DNA of 63,653 bases, filler included, from Octopus bimaculoides (lineage: Eukaryota): NCBI RefSeq assembly GCF_001194135.2. It is 5 parts of 4 records of this genome, joined end to end, with 100 filler letters (N's around TTAATTAATTAA, not from the genome) between each part and the next. Parts side by side here need not be neighbours in the genome. Positions count along the whole stretch, not along the records: positions 19,318 to 37,807 come from NC_068986.1; positions 37,908 to 57,228 come from NC_069001.1; 3 more parts are not named here. One strand, 5' to 3'. Of this stretch, positions 27,472 to 41,379 are shown one piece after another (the first letter of the stretch is position 1; every line of letters starts with the position of its first letter). A program made the translations under genes and the position numbers. The notes beneath the pieces were generated by a model, which saw nothing but the letters and a program-made list of their open reading frames with translations, did not search any database and was not told the DNA's origin.

Positions 27472-27749
27472 NNNNNNNNNNNNNNNNNNNNNNNNNNNNN
27501 NNNNNNNNNNNNNNNNNNNNNNNNNNNNNNNNNNNNNNNNNNNNNNNNNNNNNNNNNNNNNNNNNNNNNNNNNNNNNNNNNNNNNNNNNNNNNNNNNNNN
27601 NNNNNNNNNNNNNNNNNNNNNNNNNNNNNNNNNNNNNNNNNNNNNNNNNNNNNNNNNNNNNNNNNNNNNNNNNNNNNNNNNNNNNNNNNNNNNNNNNNNN
27701 NNNNNNNNNNNNNNNNNNNNNNNNNNNNNNNNNNNNNNNNNNNNNNNNN

Positions 27750-27781
<32 letters not shown>

Positions 27782-27869
27782 AAAGTTGATGGCAACGTGC
27801 AGGTGAACGGCCAGATCAATTCTGAGATCTTATAGAACAATGGACCAAGAAATTAAACTGGTCGTAGGA

Positions 27870-28290
27870 AGGACATTTATTCTGAGCTGTCTGGACTAAT
27901 GCTCTCAACCACAGTGTCAATTTAATAACTGAACTCGAAACATTTAATCAGTGCTACTCCAAGTAGATTGCCTCAAGGGAATAATTGACTTTCATGAAGA
28001 CACTCCCTAGAGAGAAAGATGGGGCGATATGCGGTTAAATACCTATCAAAGATCCTAGAGTGGCTGGCAACAAACTTTGTCAATGAAAATATAAACACTG
28101 TGCAGTAGGACACTGTACTTTTACAAAAGCTCCACAGAACACGTCGAGAGTAAGAATTATGTAATGCAATAGCTTACAATTCAACTGCCCGAAACACCTG
28201 AAAGATCTACATGAAGTGCGAGTAGATGTCTTCAGGAAGCAACTTGACCTTCCACTGTCCAACACCAGATGAACCTAAATCAAGGAACTT
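27870..28290 (+). mobile_element. CR1-like LINE 3' fragment, degraded
   Basis: Broken frames SLERKMGRYAVKYLSKILE and KHLKDLHEVRVDVFRKQLDL...DEP resemble CR1-group RT C-termini. Confidence 0.6.
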
Positions 28291-29398
28291 AAAGGAGAAC
28301 AGTAATATCTAAGTTCTCCATTCACCCTAAAGAATCCATAGGAGAATCGCCATTGAAATGATGACGATAGCCGTGGCATCTCAGCATGGCTACAACCTTT
28401 GTCTGAAATACATAAAAGACTACCAGGTAGAATTAAATTTTATGATTTCTTGGAAAGTGATTAACACATTTTCATTTACGGGACAAATTTCACCCAGGAT
28501 TGAAAAATTGAAACACGCACATACATACCTTTTATATACATACAAACATACATACCCGGGAACGTGAAACTCTGAGTAACAGCTTTTTGTTATATTTCTG
28601 CTACTTTTAAATAAAGCATATTACTCCACCTCTTGTATTTGAGAGTCTTTTTTTCACCTTCTTTCACATTTATATGCATACTCCGGTATATATGCATGTA
28701 TGTATGCATATATATATATATATATATANNNNNNNNNNNNNNNNNNNNNNNNNNNNNNNNNNNNNNNNNNNNNNNNNNNNNNNNNNNNNNNNNNNNNNNN
28801 NNNNNNNNNNNNNNNNNNNNNNNNNNNNNNNNNNNNNNNNNNNNNNNNNNNNNNNNNNNNNNNNNNNNNNNNNNNNNNNNNNNNNNNNNNNNNNNNNNNN
28901 NNNNNNNNNNNNNNNNNNNNNNNNNNNNNNNNNNNNNNNNNNNNNNNNNNNNNNNNNNNNNNNNNNNNNNNNNNNNNNNNNNNNNNNNNNNNNNNNNNNN
29001 NNNNNNNNNNNNNNNNNNNNNNNNNNNNNNNNNNNNNNNNNNNNNNNNNNNNNNNNNNNNNNNNNNNNNNNNNNNNNNNNNNNNNNNNNNNNNNNNNNNN
29101 NNNNNNNNNNNNNNNNNNNNNNNNNNNNNNNNNNNNNNNNNNNNNNNNNNNNNNNNNNNNNNNNNNNNNNNNNNNNNNNNNNNNNNNNNNNNNNNNNNNN
29201 NNNNNNNNNNNNNNNNNNNNNNNNNNNNNNNNNNNNNNNNNNNNNNNNNNNNNNNNNNNNNNNNNNNNNNNNNNNNNNNNNNNNNNNNNNNNNNNNNNNN
29301 NNNNNNNNNNNNNNNNNNNNNNNNNNNNNNNNNNNNNNNNNNNNNNNNNNNNNNNNNNNNNNNNNNNNNNNNNNNNNNNNNNNNNATGTATATATATG

Positions 29399-29429
<31 letters not shown>

Positions 29430-29448
29430 ATATGTATCTATCTATCTA

Positions 29449-29503
<55 letters not shown>

Positions 29504-30611
29504 ATGTGTGTGTGTATGTGTGTGTGTGTGTGTGTGTGTGAGTATGTATATGGTGCATCCAAGGTGTGTGGGGAGTAAGCAGCGTGTATGACGTATGCGG
29601 TTTGAATGGGTGTGCGCGGAATTAATGTATGTACTTAACTTTGTTGAACTATACACAGAATATTGAAGCTAGCGGAAATCCAAATTAAGACTTAGTGGGT
29701 CTTCCTCTGTATACGTTCAGCTGATATTTATTTAGTGTTAATATTTCACTCTGACTGGGTACTGGTGAACTGTTGACATGTATGATATTCCTTATTTTAT
29801 TATCATGACTATAGGAATATTAAAACTTCCTAATACGCTTCGGTTTGTATCTTGTCTTCATAATTATTCGTTGCTGATAAATTTGATAGATAAGGGAATA
29901 AAATGAGATACTCAGCGCAATATTAATTTGCGTTAATTTCATGCATGTGCATAGAAATTGTTAGATGTGCAACATAATTTCCACTAATAGTTGAAATATA
30001 ATGATACATTCTCGATATTGATCTCAGTTTCCTGTTTAGATTCTTGACATATATGAATATATAGTAGATATCTCTGAATAGGAAGTTTCTTTAAATTTAC
30101 ACACATGATATATGGAAGCTTACATGATACATACCTTAGTATTTAATTAAAAAGAGAATGAATGTCAGCCATTTTTTGATATTCATATTACACATAATTT
30201 AAACATGAATTTACGTACATTACTTTTCATATATTTCCTCAATGAAGCAATGTGAATCGTGCAGTCGTCACTTACAATGTTTAAATTATCGTTAGTTTGC
30301 TAATCTCAATTGCGAAACAACATACAATACTATAATTGATAACATGGCACGAATGTAACATAATGCTTAACGTATGACAATTCGGTGGACAACGTGATAT
30401 ATTAGGTAACCAATGCTCTTATTCCTTTTCATTTTAAGAGTATATATATATATATATATATATNNNNNNNNNNNNNNNNNNNNNNNNNNNNNNNNNNNNN
30501 NNNNNNNNNNNNNNNNNNNNNNNNNNNNNNNNNNNNNNNNNNNNNNNNNNNNNNNNNNNNNNNNNNNNNNNNNNNNNNNNNNNNNNNNNNNNNNNNNNNN
30601 GATCTTATATA

Positions 30612-31715
30612 CAGGGGTTGCTCACAATAATGGATCATTGCATCATTAAAATGCAAGATGTATTGAACTTTCAAATTGGTCAAATTGTTGGTGCTAGTAT
30701 GGCAGGTGATAGCCGTAACGAAAACAGTCGAAATGTTTGGTATCAAGAAGTACTGTCTCGAAAGTAATTGCAGCCGTTGAGAAAGAAGGAAAAACCTCCT
30801 TGTCGAAATAAAACCCTGAAGAAGGCCAACACTTTCAGAAAGGGACAATGGGACTCTTGCGCACATTGTTAGAAAGGATCACGAAAAGTACAGCTCCCAA
30901 AATTACTGCAGAGCTTAATGACCACCTCTGCAACCCAGTTTCCACAAAAACTGTTCGCCCGGAGCTGCACAAAGCCGGATTTCACGGGAGGGCAGCAATC
31001 AGAAAATCACTACTTTCAAAAACAAACGTTGCAAAGCGTTTATATTGGAGTAAACACCTAAAGAATTGGTCCCTAGAGATATGGGAGGATGTTATTTTCT
31101 CAGACGAGTCATCCTTTACCTTATTTCTGACAACCAGCCGAGTATACGAGTGGAGACAACAGAAGCATTTGACGCATACTGCTTTCTTGTAACTGTTATC
31201 CACGGAGGAGGATCTGTGATGATAGTGGGGTGGTGGCTATATTTTGAAAATCCGCTTGCCGAATGGATTCCCTTCATGGCTGAATTAATAGTCAATACTA
31301 TTTAAGAATGTTGTCTGATCAAATTCATCCTATGTTTGCGGAACTATTTCCAAAGGAAAACTCAATATTTCAGCGAGCTAAATTTGTTACTGAATGGCAC
31401 GTACAAAATTCTAGTGAAGTTGAACAACTTATATGACAACCAGAGTCACCAGATCTCAGTATTAGTGAATATTTTTGGTGCATTTTAGAAAGGTAAGTCA
31501 ATATCTTCCACCATCGTCCCTGCAAGAAATGGAGACTGTTTTAGTTGAAGAATGGACAAAAGTTTCTTTGGAATTTTTGTGATTTTGTCCATTATATGTG
31601 TACATATATTTCAAACTTTGTACGAGTCCATATCTCGTTGAATCCAAGCTGTAATTACTGCCAAATATCCGACCCCATATTAAAATAAATTTGTTTGAAA
31701 TGTTTAAGGTGTTTA
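30612..31715 (+). mobile_element. Tc1-like DNA transposon, degraded
   Basis: TA then a CAGGGG start. ORF TAPKITAELNDHLCNPVSTKTVRPELHKAGFHGRAAIRK...WEDVIFSDESSF gives the Tc1 HTH plus the first D. Later come PESPDLSISEYFW and a ...PTPY* end. No right TIR is seen. Confidence 0.9.
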
Positions 31716-33284
31716 TGTATGTATATATAGGTATGCATGTATGCATATATATATTTATGTATGTATAAAACTATATTTGTGCGCGTTCAACATCTTCAAT
31801 TTGAGTTTGTAATGTAAGTGTTGTAATTATGAGATCGTTAGAGATTTCAAAATTTTAAAAGCAATTCCAACTTGAAGCACTATGCTTTATAGATAACAAC
31901 TTAATATTTCCCTGGAGAGCAAGGTTTATGGAATTAGAAATAATTTATGTATAATAATATAAATGGATATACGCCCGTACTTAAATATATGTAAAAATAT
32001 ACTGGGAACATAAACAAGAACATGGAAATTCACCTGGAAACTTAGGTTCTCATACGGCTGGTACAATGAAACACACAGCAGCACAGGCAGACACACCCTC
32101 TCACATACTCATCTATTTATTACATCTATTTTATGTTTTTTGCTGAATTTTAGAGACCATTGAAATGCTCAGATGTTATCTAATAGGGTTTATATAGAGT
32201 CAGATTTAAGTTGGTGTATATATATATATACATATATGTTTGTGCGTGCGCGCGTGTGTGCGTCTGTATACGTATATTTAAATATGTATATGTGTTTAAT
32301 GAGTGTGTATCTGTCTATGTAAAATATGTGTAGATCGTTATTATTCCCACGAATTAGTTCTAGTAGTATAGAAGAAATAAACCAAGTTGGATATGTACAC
32401 AGAATACATGAAGCTTTCTTTAATATTCATTCTACTTAACTATCCTTGCCTACATATACATACACACGGGCGCACACACGCACACACGCACACACGCACA
32501 CACACACACGCATACGCACAAATACACACAGCCACATTTATATCGATATATATAGACATATATAGTGAAAAACGTCGAGAAAATCCACGACACGGTAAGT
32601 TATAGTAAAACTTAAAATGGAAATAAACGGTAATTTTTATTTAGAAAATATATTTATGATTAAGAAACATAGCGTCTTCGATTGTTTAACTTATAGTGGC
32701 TGGAGAGTTTGTCATAAGTTTAACTTTTCATGTTAGCATAATTGATTTTTTTCATTTGAAATTTTTCTGGGGAAACTTAAATCACAGTATCTAGGCAAGT
32801 TATATANNNNNNNNNNNNNNNNNNNNNNNNNNNNNNNNNNNNNNNNNNNNNNNNNNNNNNNNNNNNNNNNNNNNNNNNNNNNNNNNNNNNNNNNNNNNNN
32901 NNNNNNNNNNNNNNNNNNNNNNNNNNNNNNNNNNNNNNNNNNNNNNNNNNNNNNNNNNNNNNNNNNNNNNNNNNNNNNNNNNNNNNNNNNNNNNNNNNNN
33001 NNNNNNNNNNNNNNNNNNNNNNNNNNNNNNNNNNNNNNNNNNNNNNNNNNNNNNNNNNNNNNNNNNNNNNNNNNNNNNNNNNNNNNNNNNNNNNNNNNNN
33101 NNNNNNNNNNNNNNNNNNNNNNNNNNNNNNNNNNNNNNNNNNNNNNNNNNNNNNNNNNNNNNNNNNNNNNNNNNNNNNNNNNNNNNNNNNNNNNNNNTAT
33201 ATATATATATATATATGCTTGTGTGTTGTGTGTGTGTATGCTTATATATATATATATATATATAGATATATAGATATATATAAA

Positions 33285-33830
33285 CTAGCAAACGCACCCG
33301 CCCTTTAGACGTTTATAGTTGCTTTGGTGGTATTTCTTTCATCAAATAACTGAACTACCGAGAAGGTTTATGAGTAGCACTGAATTCTATGTTTCCCATT
33401 AACCTAGCAACGCAAAATCAGATTGAAGGCTGGTTATAGTGGAGGTCGTTGCACGTTAATGATCATAGAACATAAGCGATGCAAAGTAGAGCTACTGAAG
33501 TGTTTTGGGAGGAGATTACGAATAATGTCTACAAAATATAGTTTTTTACATGAAATCGAAATTTCTTGTCAGAAACAGCCACATAAATGGTGTAATGAAA
33601 TTGAAGGAAAATGTTGAAGCTTCCACTTTACGAGTTTATTTTTTTCAACAGCAATTGGAGCCATTTTTCCGAATGGATAAGCTAACAAGAGCCCCTTTAT
33701 TCTGTCTTCCGTCATAAACTGCGCAAAAGCTAACAACAAATGCTGCATAAAGTTAAGTTTGTACGGAGCTTTCTGAAAGGTACGTATAGCTTTCGCTAGT
33801 GGAAGCAAAACTCTTATTTAAAGGTTGATT
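33285..33830. mobile_element. Possible Helitron remnant
   Basis: ACTAGCA...CCCGCCC start after (TA)n. Minus-strand fragments LLLAFAQFMT and LYVAVS weakly resemble Helitron helicase motifs V/VI. Confidence 0.3.
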
Positions 33831-34524
33831 CTGTAGGTCGAATCATATGAGTGAGGATTTAAAAAAAAAGGCTAGAGCTACAATGCTGAAATGTATTTGA
33901 AACAATGGGCAGCAGTCGAAATATAATCTTTGGGTAAATAAGCATCCTTAATCTGAAACAAATAATTGGAAGGTAAACAAAGATATAAACAAATAGAAGA
34001 GAGGGAAGAGAACATAACTTTGTCAAGTAACTCAGAGTAGGTAAGGGTAAGCTTGCCAAAGTTTAATGCAGTTTAAATATGGAGATTAAGATTGCTTGGT
34101 ATTGGATATTCATCGCGTACAATGTTCCTAGTCAATCAATCACCATGGCAGGTGAATAAATAGACAAAATTCTTTCATGTTTATAAGAAGATTTAAAAAG
34201 TATGGAAGACCCCACAGATTATAGACAGCTGATTAATGCAAATGAATAGGTATCATTTATTGTTGGTTTCTCATCGTTCTAGACGCCCCAATATCGATGT
34301 TTTAAAGCTCTAAGTAGCCTATGTTCAGGTCAGGGATATGAAGTAGCTGTGTATACAGTTTTAAAGAAATTGGATGAAAGATGTAGAATTTGCTGAGGTA
34401 CATAAAATGTTTGTACACACACACAGAACACTTCAATTTTATAGATATTAGATGTATGTATATTTATATATATTTATGTATACACACACACACACATACA
34501 CACACACACACACGCAAAGGCACA

Positions 34525-34906
34525 TGTTGTTGTTGGCACTCCGTCGCTTACGACGTCGAAGTTTCTAGTTGATCCGATCAACGTAACAGCCTGCTCGTGA
34601 AATTAATGTGCATGTGGCTAAGCACTCCACAGACAGGCGTACCCTTAACGTAGATCTCGGGGATAATAAGCGTGACACAGTCTGACAAAGCTGACCTTTT
34701 GAATTACAGGCATTACAGGAAGGAAGAGTGAGAGAAAGTTGTGGTGAAAGAATACAGTAGGGTTCACCACCATCCCCTGCCGGAGCCTTGCGGAGATTTA
34801 GTTGTTTTCGCTCAATAAACACTAACAACGCCCGGTCTGGGAATCGAAACCGCAATCCTATGACCACGAGTTCGCTGCCCTAACCACTGGGCCATTGCGC
34901 CTCCAC
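34525..34906 (-). mobile_element. tRNA-derived SINE, full length, CpG intact
   Basis: Box A TGGCCCAGTGG, box B GTTTCGATTCC, (CAA)n tail. Same family as 50041-50413. Confidence 0.9.
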
Positions 34907-35604
34907 TGGGACAGGCACATACACACATATATATGTACACAGATATATAAAATCCTGGAACAAAAAATGACTGGATTTGGATAGGATTTCCAGCAAGTTA
35001 TGGAAAGTCATTCATCATAGCACCTACAATTTAAAAGATGTTTCTTATATCTAGATCTGTATTTAAGTTCTACGACACCGATATAGCGTTTGTTATCTGT
35101 ACGACCATTGTCGTAGTTCACTGACACCTATACTTCATAAACAACGGAAGGTATAGCGCACTCAGCATGTGCAAACGAGGAAGGTTTGAGTCGTACGTTG
35201 CTTATTGATAAACGACTAAACATTAGGAGCTAAGTCTTTGGATATTTCTCATTGCTGGTGAACATTTGATATACCTAACTATGGGCTGATTTCCTCACGT
35301 ATTTGTTTGCACTTTGGGAATTGTTTCTATTTCTTATTTGCGAGCGGTGTATTTCAAAGTGTGAGGCTGGACTTGTTTCCTTGTATTCGTTTAAATATCA
35401 ATAATTACATTTCTATCATTTGCTTAGTAATTTCTATATAGAATTTTTTCATTTTCGTTTCATTCCGAAATGGATTAATGTAATCATATTCAGTTCTGAA
35501 CTAGGATTCATAACTATATGGAAAACATTATCTGGTTTCTCAAATGTTGAAGAGAAGTTACTTCTTCAGTTTCAGACTTTTCTTTCCATAGCTTGTATGA
35601 GATC

Positions 35605-35639
<35 letters not shown>

Positions 35640-35658
35640 TGTATATGTATATACATAC

Positions 35659-35707
<49 letters not shown>

Positions 35708-36554
35708 TCTGAGGAAAGTCCAAAGACCACCTTTATGTTCTGGGAGATCTTAGTAGAAATCATACAGAGAAATTTAATTAACACACAGCAAGTGATATTA
35801 CTACTGAATACAGAATGTTAGGACAGTAGGTGTGTATCAGGTTATGACAGGAAAGTCTGTGGACATTTGAATGGAATCAAACCGTGCATTTATTCTATAG
35901 GACGTCTGAAGAAAGCTCCAATGACATATTACTCGAAAATGGTGAAAACGTTGAAAAATTACACACACGCACATATCCTTCCCCCACATATGCCCCTATA
36001 TATCTATATACATATGCATATATATGTATATGTATCTACGTATTCACGTAGTAATCTTAACCAAAAATTGAGCTCGGCATACAACGATTCGGCAGTACAA
36101 TAGATATTGCAAGCAAACGTTTCGCAGACATTCAAATCGTAAACTTTTATACTAAATACGTCCATTTTTCAAACGGTAAAATTTGCGAAATGCTGACACT
36201 CATGCGCCCTGCGAATATATACAGGATATAATATATAAATGCGTGTATGTCTGTCTGTATGTATGTATGTATGTATGCATGTATATATGTATGTATGTAT
36301 GTATGCATATAGGTATGTATGTGTGCATATATGTATATACCTATGGGTGTATGTAAGAATGTATGTATGTCTCTCTCATACATACATATATTCATACATG
36401 TATATATATATATATATATACATATATANNNNNNNNNNNNNNNNNNNNNNNNNNNNNNNNNNNNNNNNNNNNNNNNNNNNNNNNNNNNNNNNNNNNNNNN
36501 NNNNNNNNNNNNNNNNNNNNNNNNNNNNNNNNNNNNNNNNNNNNNNNNNNNNNN

Positions 36555-36592
<38 letters not shown>

Positions 36593-37776
36593 CATATATT
36601 AATACATGTAGCTATATATTAATACAGGTCAAAAAGTTGACCGAGGATACTGACTAATATCGCATTAGCTGAAGGTAAATGTGTAACTAACTCAAAGCCA
36701 CAAACGTACTGTTTTTAGTGAGCGACAAAGTAATCCTCATTAGCAGACCTTAACACTTAGAGTGAAACTCAAATACCTCTGTCGGGTTCTAAAAATTAGA
36801 ACCTAAAGGCAAAATTAATAGAGGTCCCAAATGTCACAAAGGCTACTGAGTAGTATCGCTAATAACCTACTCATTTTAATTTGTCGTTTGCATTTTTACC
36901 GTCTTGGAAATCAGCACACGTTTTGAATGGTTTTCTTATAAGACTGACAAAGGTAGTTGTGTTTAACCCTAGGAGATAAGAGCCGCTAATGAGGATTAAA
37001 ATGGTTTTCAACAAAATCCGAAATCGTTACCCGGGTATGTGCGTTGGGGACCTATCTCCTTTGTCGGTCGTTTACGACAGTGCTTTTGTGGCTTTGAATT
37101 CGTTTAACTTTTATCTTTATTAAAAGCAGTGCTAGTCAGCACTCTCTGACACTTGTGTTTGCTACCACTGTTTGGCAACTGCTGTTCGTATGTTTGGGAC
37201 TCGTAACATTCGAGTTCGTAATGAAGACCGAGGGAATAAATACGAGGTTTAGCAAAGTATAAGATCCATTGCACTAAAGATTCTTGAATATGATGTTGTA
37301 GCATGGCCGGAGACAAATGACCAGGGCAAGTAAAAGAAAAAAAAGAACCATAAAAGAGATNNNNNNNNNNATATATATATATATATATATGCATATACAT
37401 ACATATGTGTGTGTGTATGTATTTTTTTAGGTATACATATATAAGCATATATACACATGTGTACACACATATATCTATGCCAATTGTGTGCTTATGTTCT
37501 AACATCAAATGTCTAAAAGCCAAGATTATATGCTCATTTTCTGAAGGAAAACAAATTAAGTTATCAAACTTTCTCCTTCAAAGCACAGAAAAACATTTCA
37601 GTGCTCCACGATAATAAATGAGAGGGAAAAACCAAATTGAAAAAAAAAATCTTTTACAATTCATCAAATTGTAACGGTAACAAGCGTGCGTGTGCGTGTG
37701 TGTTTGTGTGTGTGTGTGTGTGTATATATGTATATATGAATGTATATGTATATATGAATGTATATATATATATATG

Positions 37777-37807
<31 letters not shown>

Positions 37808-38570
37808 NNNNNNNNNNNNNNNNNNNNNNNNNNNNNNNNNNNNNNNNNNNNTTAATTAATTAANNNNNNNNNNNNNNNNNNNNNNNNNNNNNNNNNNNNN
37901 NNNNNNNATATATATATATACGTGTGTATATACGTACGTATGTATGTATGAATGTATGTACGTAATTCTCCCTTTTATTCTTCGTTCTTTCGGAGTGCAC
38001 AAAGTACAATGCTGGAAAGCCAAGCTTTTATACACAATATTCCACTTAAAAAAGAAAAAAAAAATCTGCATATAAATGAGCTGTTTAATTAGTGAAGTGA
38101 CATTCCCTCTTCCCTACCTGGTGCCTGTCTAAAAGCAATATCCATCAACGAACTGACCATGCGTGACAATATGGAGAACATTTTCATCAGTCAAATTTAG
38201 CAGTGGAAAAAGGATAAGACACGAGGCAGGAAAGTGAAAGTGAAAGTAGAGAGGGAAAGGAGAGAGAGAGGGAGAGAGAAGAAAAAATCTCATCAGATCG
38301 AACAAATGTTAATATGTGTAGATAACAAAGGCTTGTTTAATATTTTATCACCAGTTAACATTACAATGCCAGCATATTGCCTTGTATGTTCATGGGAAAA
38401 ACGATGCACGCTACCCTGATTGTCATGCTGTTTGTTTATGGTCGGTAGGTTTCGGGTATGCTTCTACATCTTTGTTTTTGGTTTGTTAGTAGTTTAAGGT
38501 GTTTTTTGTATCTTTTCTTTTTTTGTGAGGGGTTGGATGAAGACAGGGATTCTGTGTGCATGCATATGTG

Positions 38571-38603
<33 letters not shown>

Positions 38604-39170
38604 TNNNNNNNNNNNNNNNNNNNNNNNNNNNNNNNNNNNNNNNNNNNNNNNNNNNNNNNNNNNNNNNNNNNNNNNNNNNNNNNNNNNNNNNNNNNNNNNN
38701 NNNNNNNNNNNNNNNNNNNNNNNNNNNNNNNNNNNNNNNNNNNNNNNNNNNNNNNNNNNNNNNNNNNNNNNNNNNNNNNNNNNNNNNNNNNNNNNNNNNN
38801 NNNNNNNNNNNNNNNNNNNNNNNNNNNNNNNNNNNNNNNNNNNNNNNNNNNNNNNNNNNNNNNNNNNNNNNNNNNNNNNNNNNNNNNNNNNNNNNNNNNN
38901 NNNNNNNNNNNNNNNNNNNNNNNNNNNNNNNNNNNNNNNNNNNNNNNNNNNNNNNNNNNNNNNNNNNNNNNNNNNNNNNNNNNNNNNNNNNNNNNNNNNN
39001 NNNNNNNNNNNNNNNNNNNNNNNNNNNNNNNNNNNNNNNNNNNNNNNNNNNNNNNNNNNNNNNNNNNNNNNNNNNNNNNNNNNNNNNNNNNNNNNNNNNN
39101 NNNNNNNNNNNNNNNNNNNNNNNNNNNNNNNNNNNNNNNNNNNNNNNNNNNNNNNNNNNNNNNNNNNNNN

Positions 39171-39207
<37 letters not shown>

Positions 39208-39559
39208 TACACGCACGCTCATATTAATGCATATGTAAGTGCGCGTGTGCGTGTGTAGACTTGTATTTATGTGTTTCTCCGCCCATTTTTCTTCCATTTG
39301 TACATGCAGAAGAGGGATGATGTTGGTTATGCTGTACAAGCGTTGCTAATGGCTGTGGGCTTTTTTTCTATTCTGTGGTACGTATTTACAGCTGAGTGGA
39401 CTTACTTGACAATTCGAGATTTTGTGTTTTAGCAACGGATACATTGCTGTAACAGTGAGGTTGTCAAGTAACCTGTTTGTGGGTACAGGGATCTGCGAAA
39501 AGTTAGGTACCCAGCTAAGCTTTAAATCAATGTCTCGTCATATGCGGTGTGCTGAAAAA

Positions 39560-40965
39560 TATTTCAATAGGGTGCAGGAATGGATGTTTGTTAAATGGTT
39601 CCGGGTTCAGTCCCGCTGAGTGGCACCTTGGGCAAGTCTCTTCTACTATAGCCTCGGGCCGACCAAACCCATGTGAGTGGATTTGGTAGATGGAAACTGA
39701 AAGAATCCCGTCGTATGTATATATATATATATATATATATGCTCACAAGTACATACATATATGTGTATTTATGTGTATGTAACTACATACACAAAAATAC
39801 ACATAGATATAAATATATAATGATGTATAATGCACGTGTCTGCGTATACATGTGTGTATGTGTGTGTATGAGTGTGTGTGTGTGTGTGTGTACATACTAT
39901 TTATTTCTATATATTATTAATATGTACGTATACAAACACATTTACATGTTTATGCGAGTACACATGTATATATGATGTATACATGCACTCACACGCTCAC
40001 ACACATACACACACACATATATATATANNNNNNNNNNNNNNNNNNNNNNNNNNNNNNNNNNNNNNNNNNNNNNNNNNNNNNNNNNNNNNNNNNNNNNNNN
40101 NNNNNNNNNNNNNNNNNNNNNNNNNNNNNNNNNNNNNNNNNNNNNNNNNNNNNNNNNNNNNNNNNNNNNNNNNNNNNNNNNNNNNNNNNNNNNNNNNNNN
40201 NNNNNNNNNNNNNNNNNNNNNNNNNNNNNNNNNNNNNNNNNNNNNNNNNNNNNNNNNNNNNNNNNNNNNNNNNNNNNNNNNNNNNNNNNNNNNNNNNNNN
40301 NNNNNNNNNNNNNNNNNNNNNNNNNNNNNNNNNNNNNNNNNNNNNNNNNNNNNNNNNNNNNNNNNNNNNNNNNNNNNNNNNNNNNNNNNNNNNNNNNNNN
40401 NNNNNNNNNNNNNNNNNNNNNNNNNNNNNNNNNNNNNNNNNNNNNNNNNNNNNNNNNNNNNNNNNNNNNNNNNNNNNNNNNNNNNNNNNNNNNNNNNNNN
40501 NNNNNNNNNNNNNNNNNNNNNNNNNNNNNNNNNNNNNNNNNNNNNNNNNNNNNNNNNNNNNNNNNNNNNNNNNNNNNNNNNNNNNNNNNNNNNNNNNNNN
40601 NNNNNNNNNNNNNNNNNNNNNNNNNNNNNNNNNNNNNNNNNNNNNNNNNNNNNNNNNNNNNNNNNNNNNNNNNNNNNNNNNNNNNNNNNNNNNNNNNNNN
40701 NNNNNNNNNNNNNNNNNNNNNNNNNNNNNNNNNNNNNNNNNNNNNNNNNNNNNNNNNNNNNNNNNNNNNNNCCACCATCGCTTGACAACCGATGCTGGTG
40801 TGGTTACGTCCCCGTAACATAGCGGTTCGGCAAAAGATGTCGATAGAATAAGTACTAGGCTTACAAAGAATAATAAGTCCGGGGGGGGGGGCGATTTGTT
40901 TGACTAAAAGCGGTGCTCCAGCATGGCCGTAGTCAAATGAGACTGAAACTAGTAAAAGAGTAAGT
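39560..40965 (+). mobile_element. SINE head (39560-39715) and SINE tail (40772-40965) separated by (TA)n/(TG)n and a gap
   Basis: Head GGTTCCGGGTTCAGTCCC...GGAAACTGAAAGAATCCCGTCG; tail CCACCATCGCTTGACAACCG...GACTGAAACTAGTAAAAGAG. That they form a single element is inferred. Confidence 0.6.
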
Positions 40966-41379
40966 CTTTGTTATCGATGTGCCTTGATGTGACTCCTGCT
41001 ATAAATAAATATTGGTTTCAAATTTTGGCACAAGGCCAGCAATCTTGGGAGAGGATTTATATTGAGTACATCGATCCCAGTGTTCAACTTGTACTCATTT
41101 TATCGAGCTCAAAAAACATGAAAGGTTTGAGTCGACCTCGGCGGAATTTGAACACGGAATGTAAGGACGGACGAAGAGATGAAAAAGTATATATATTAAA
41201 TCAGAGGATTGGGTGAAGGCACCAGACGTGTTCAAAGATGCTGCCATAGTTCTTTTTCATTACATGAAACTATTAGTAGCTTATAAAAATATAGACTATG
41301 TTTATTAAATATTATTTCTCTCTCACCAGATTGAGTACTTATATTTTGTTGAGATTTTTACCAGCATGGAACAATATAT

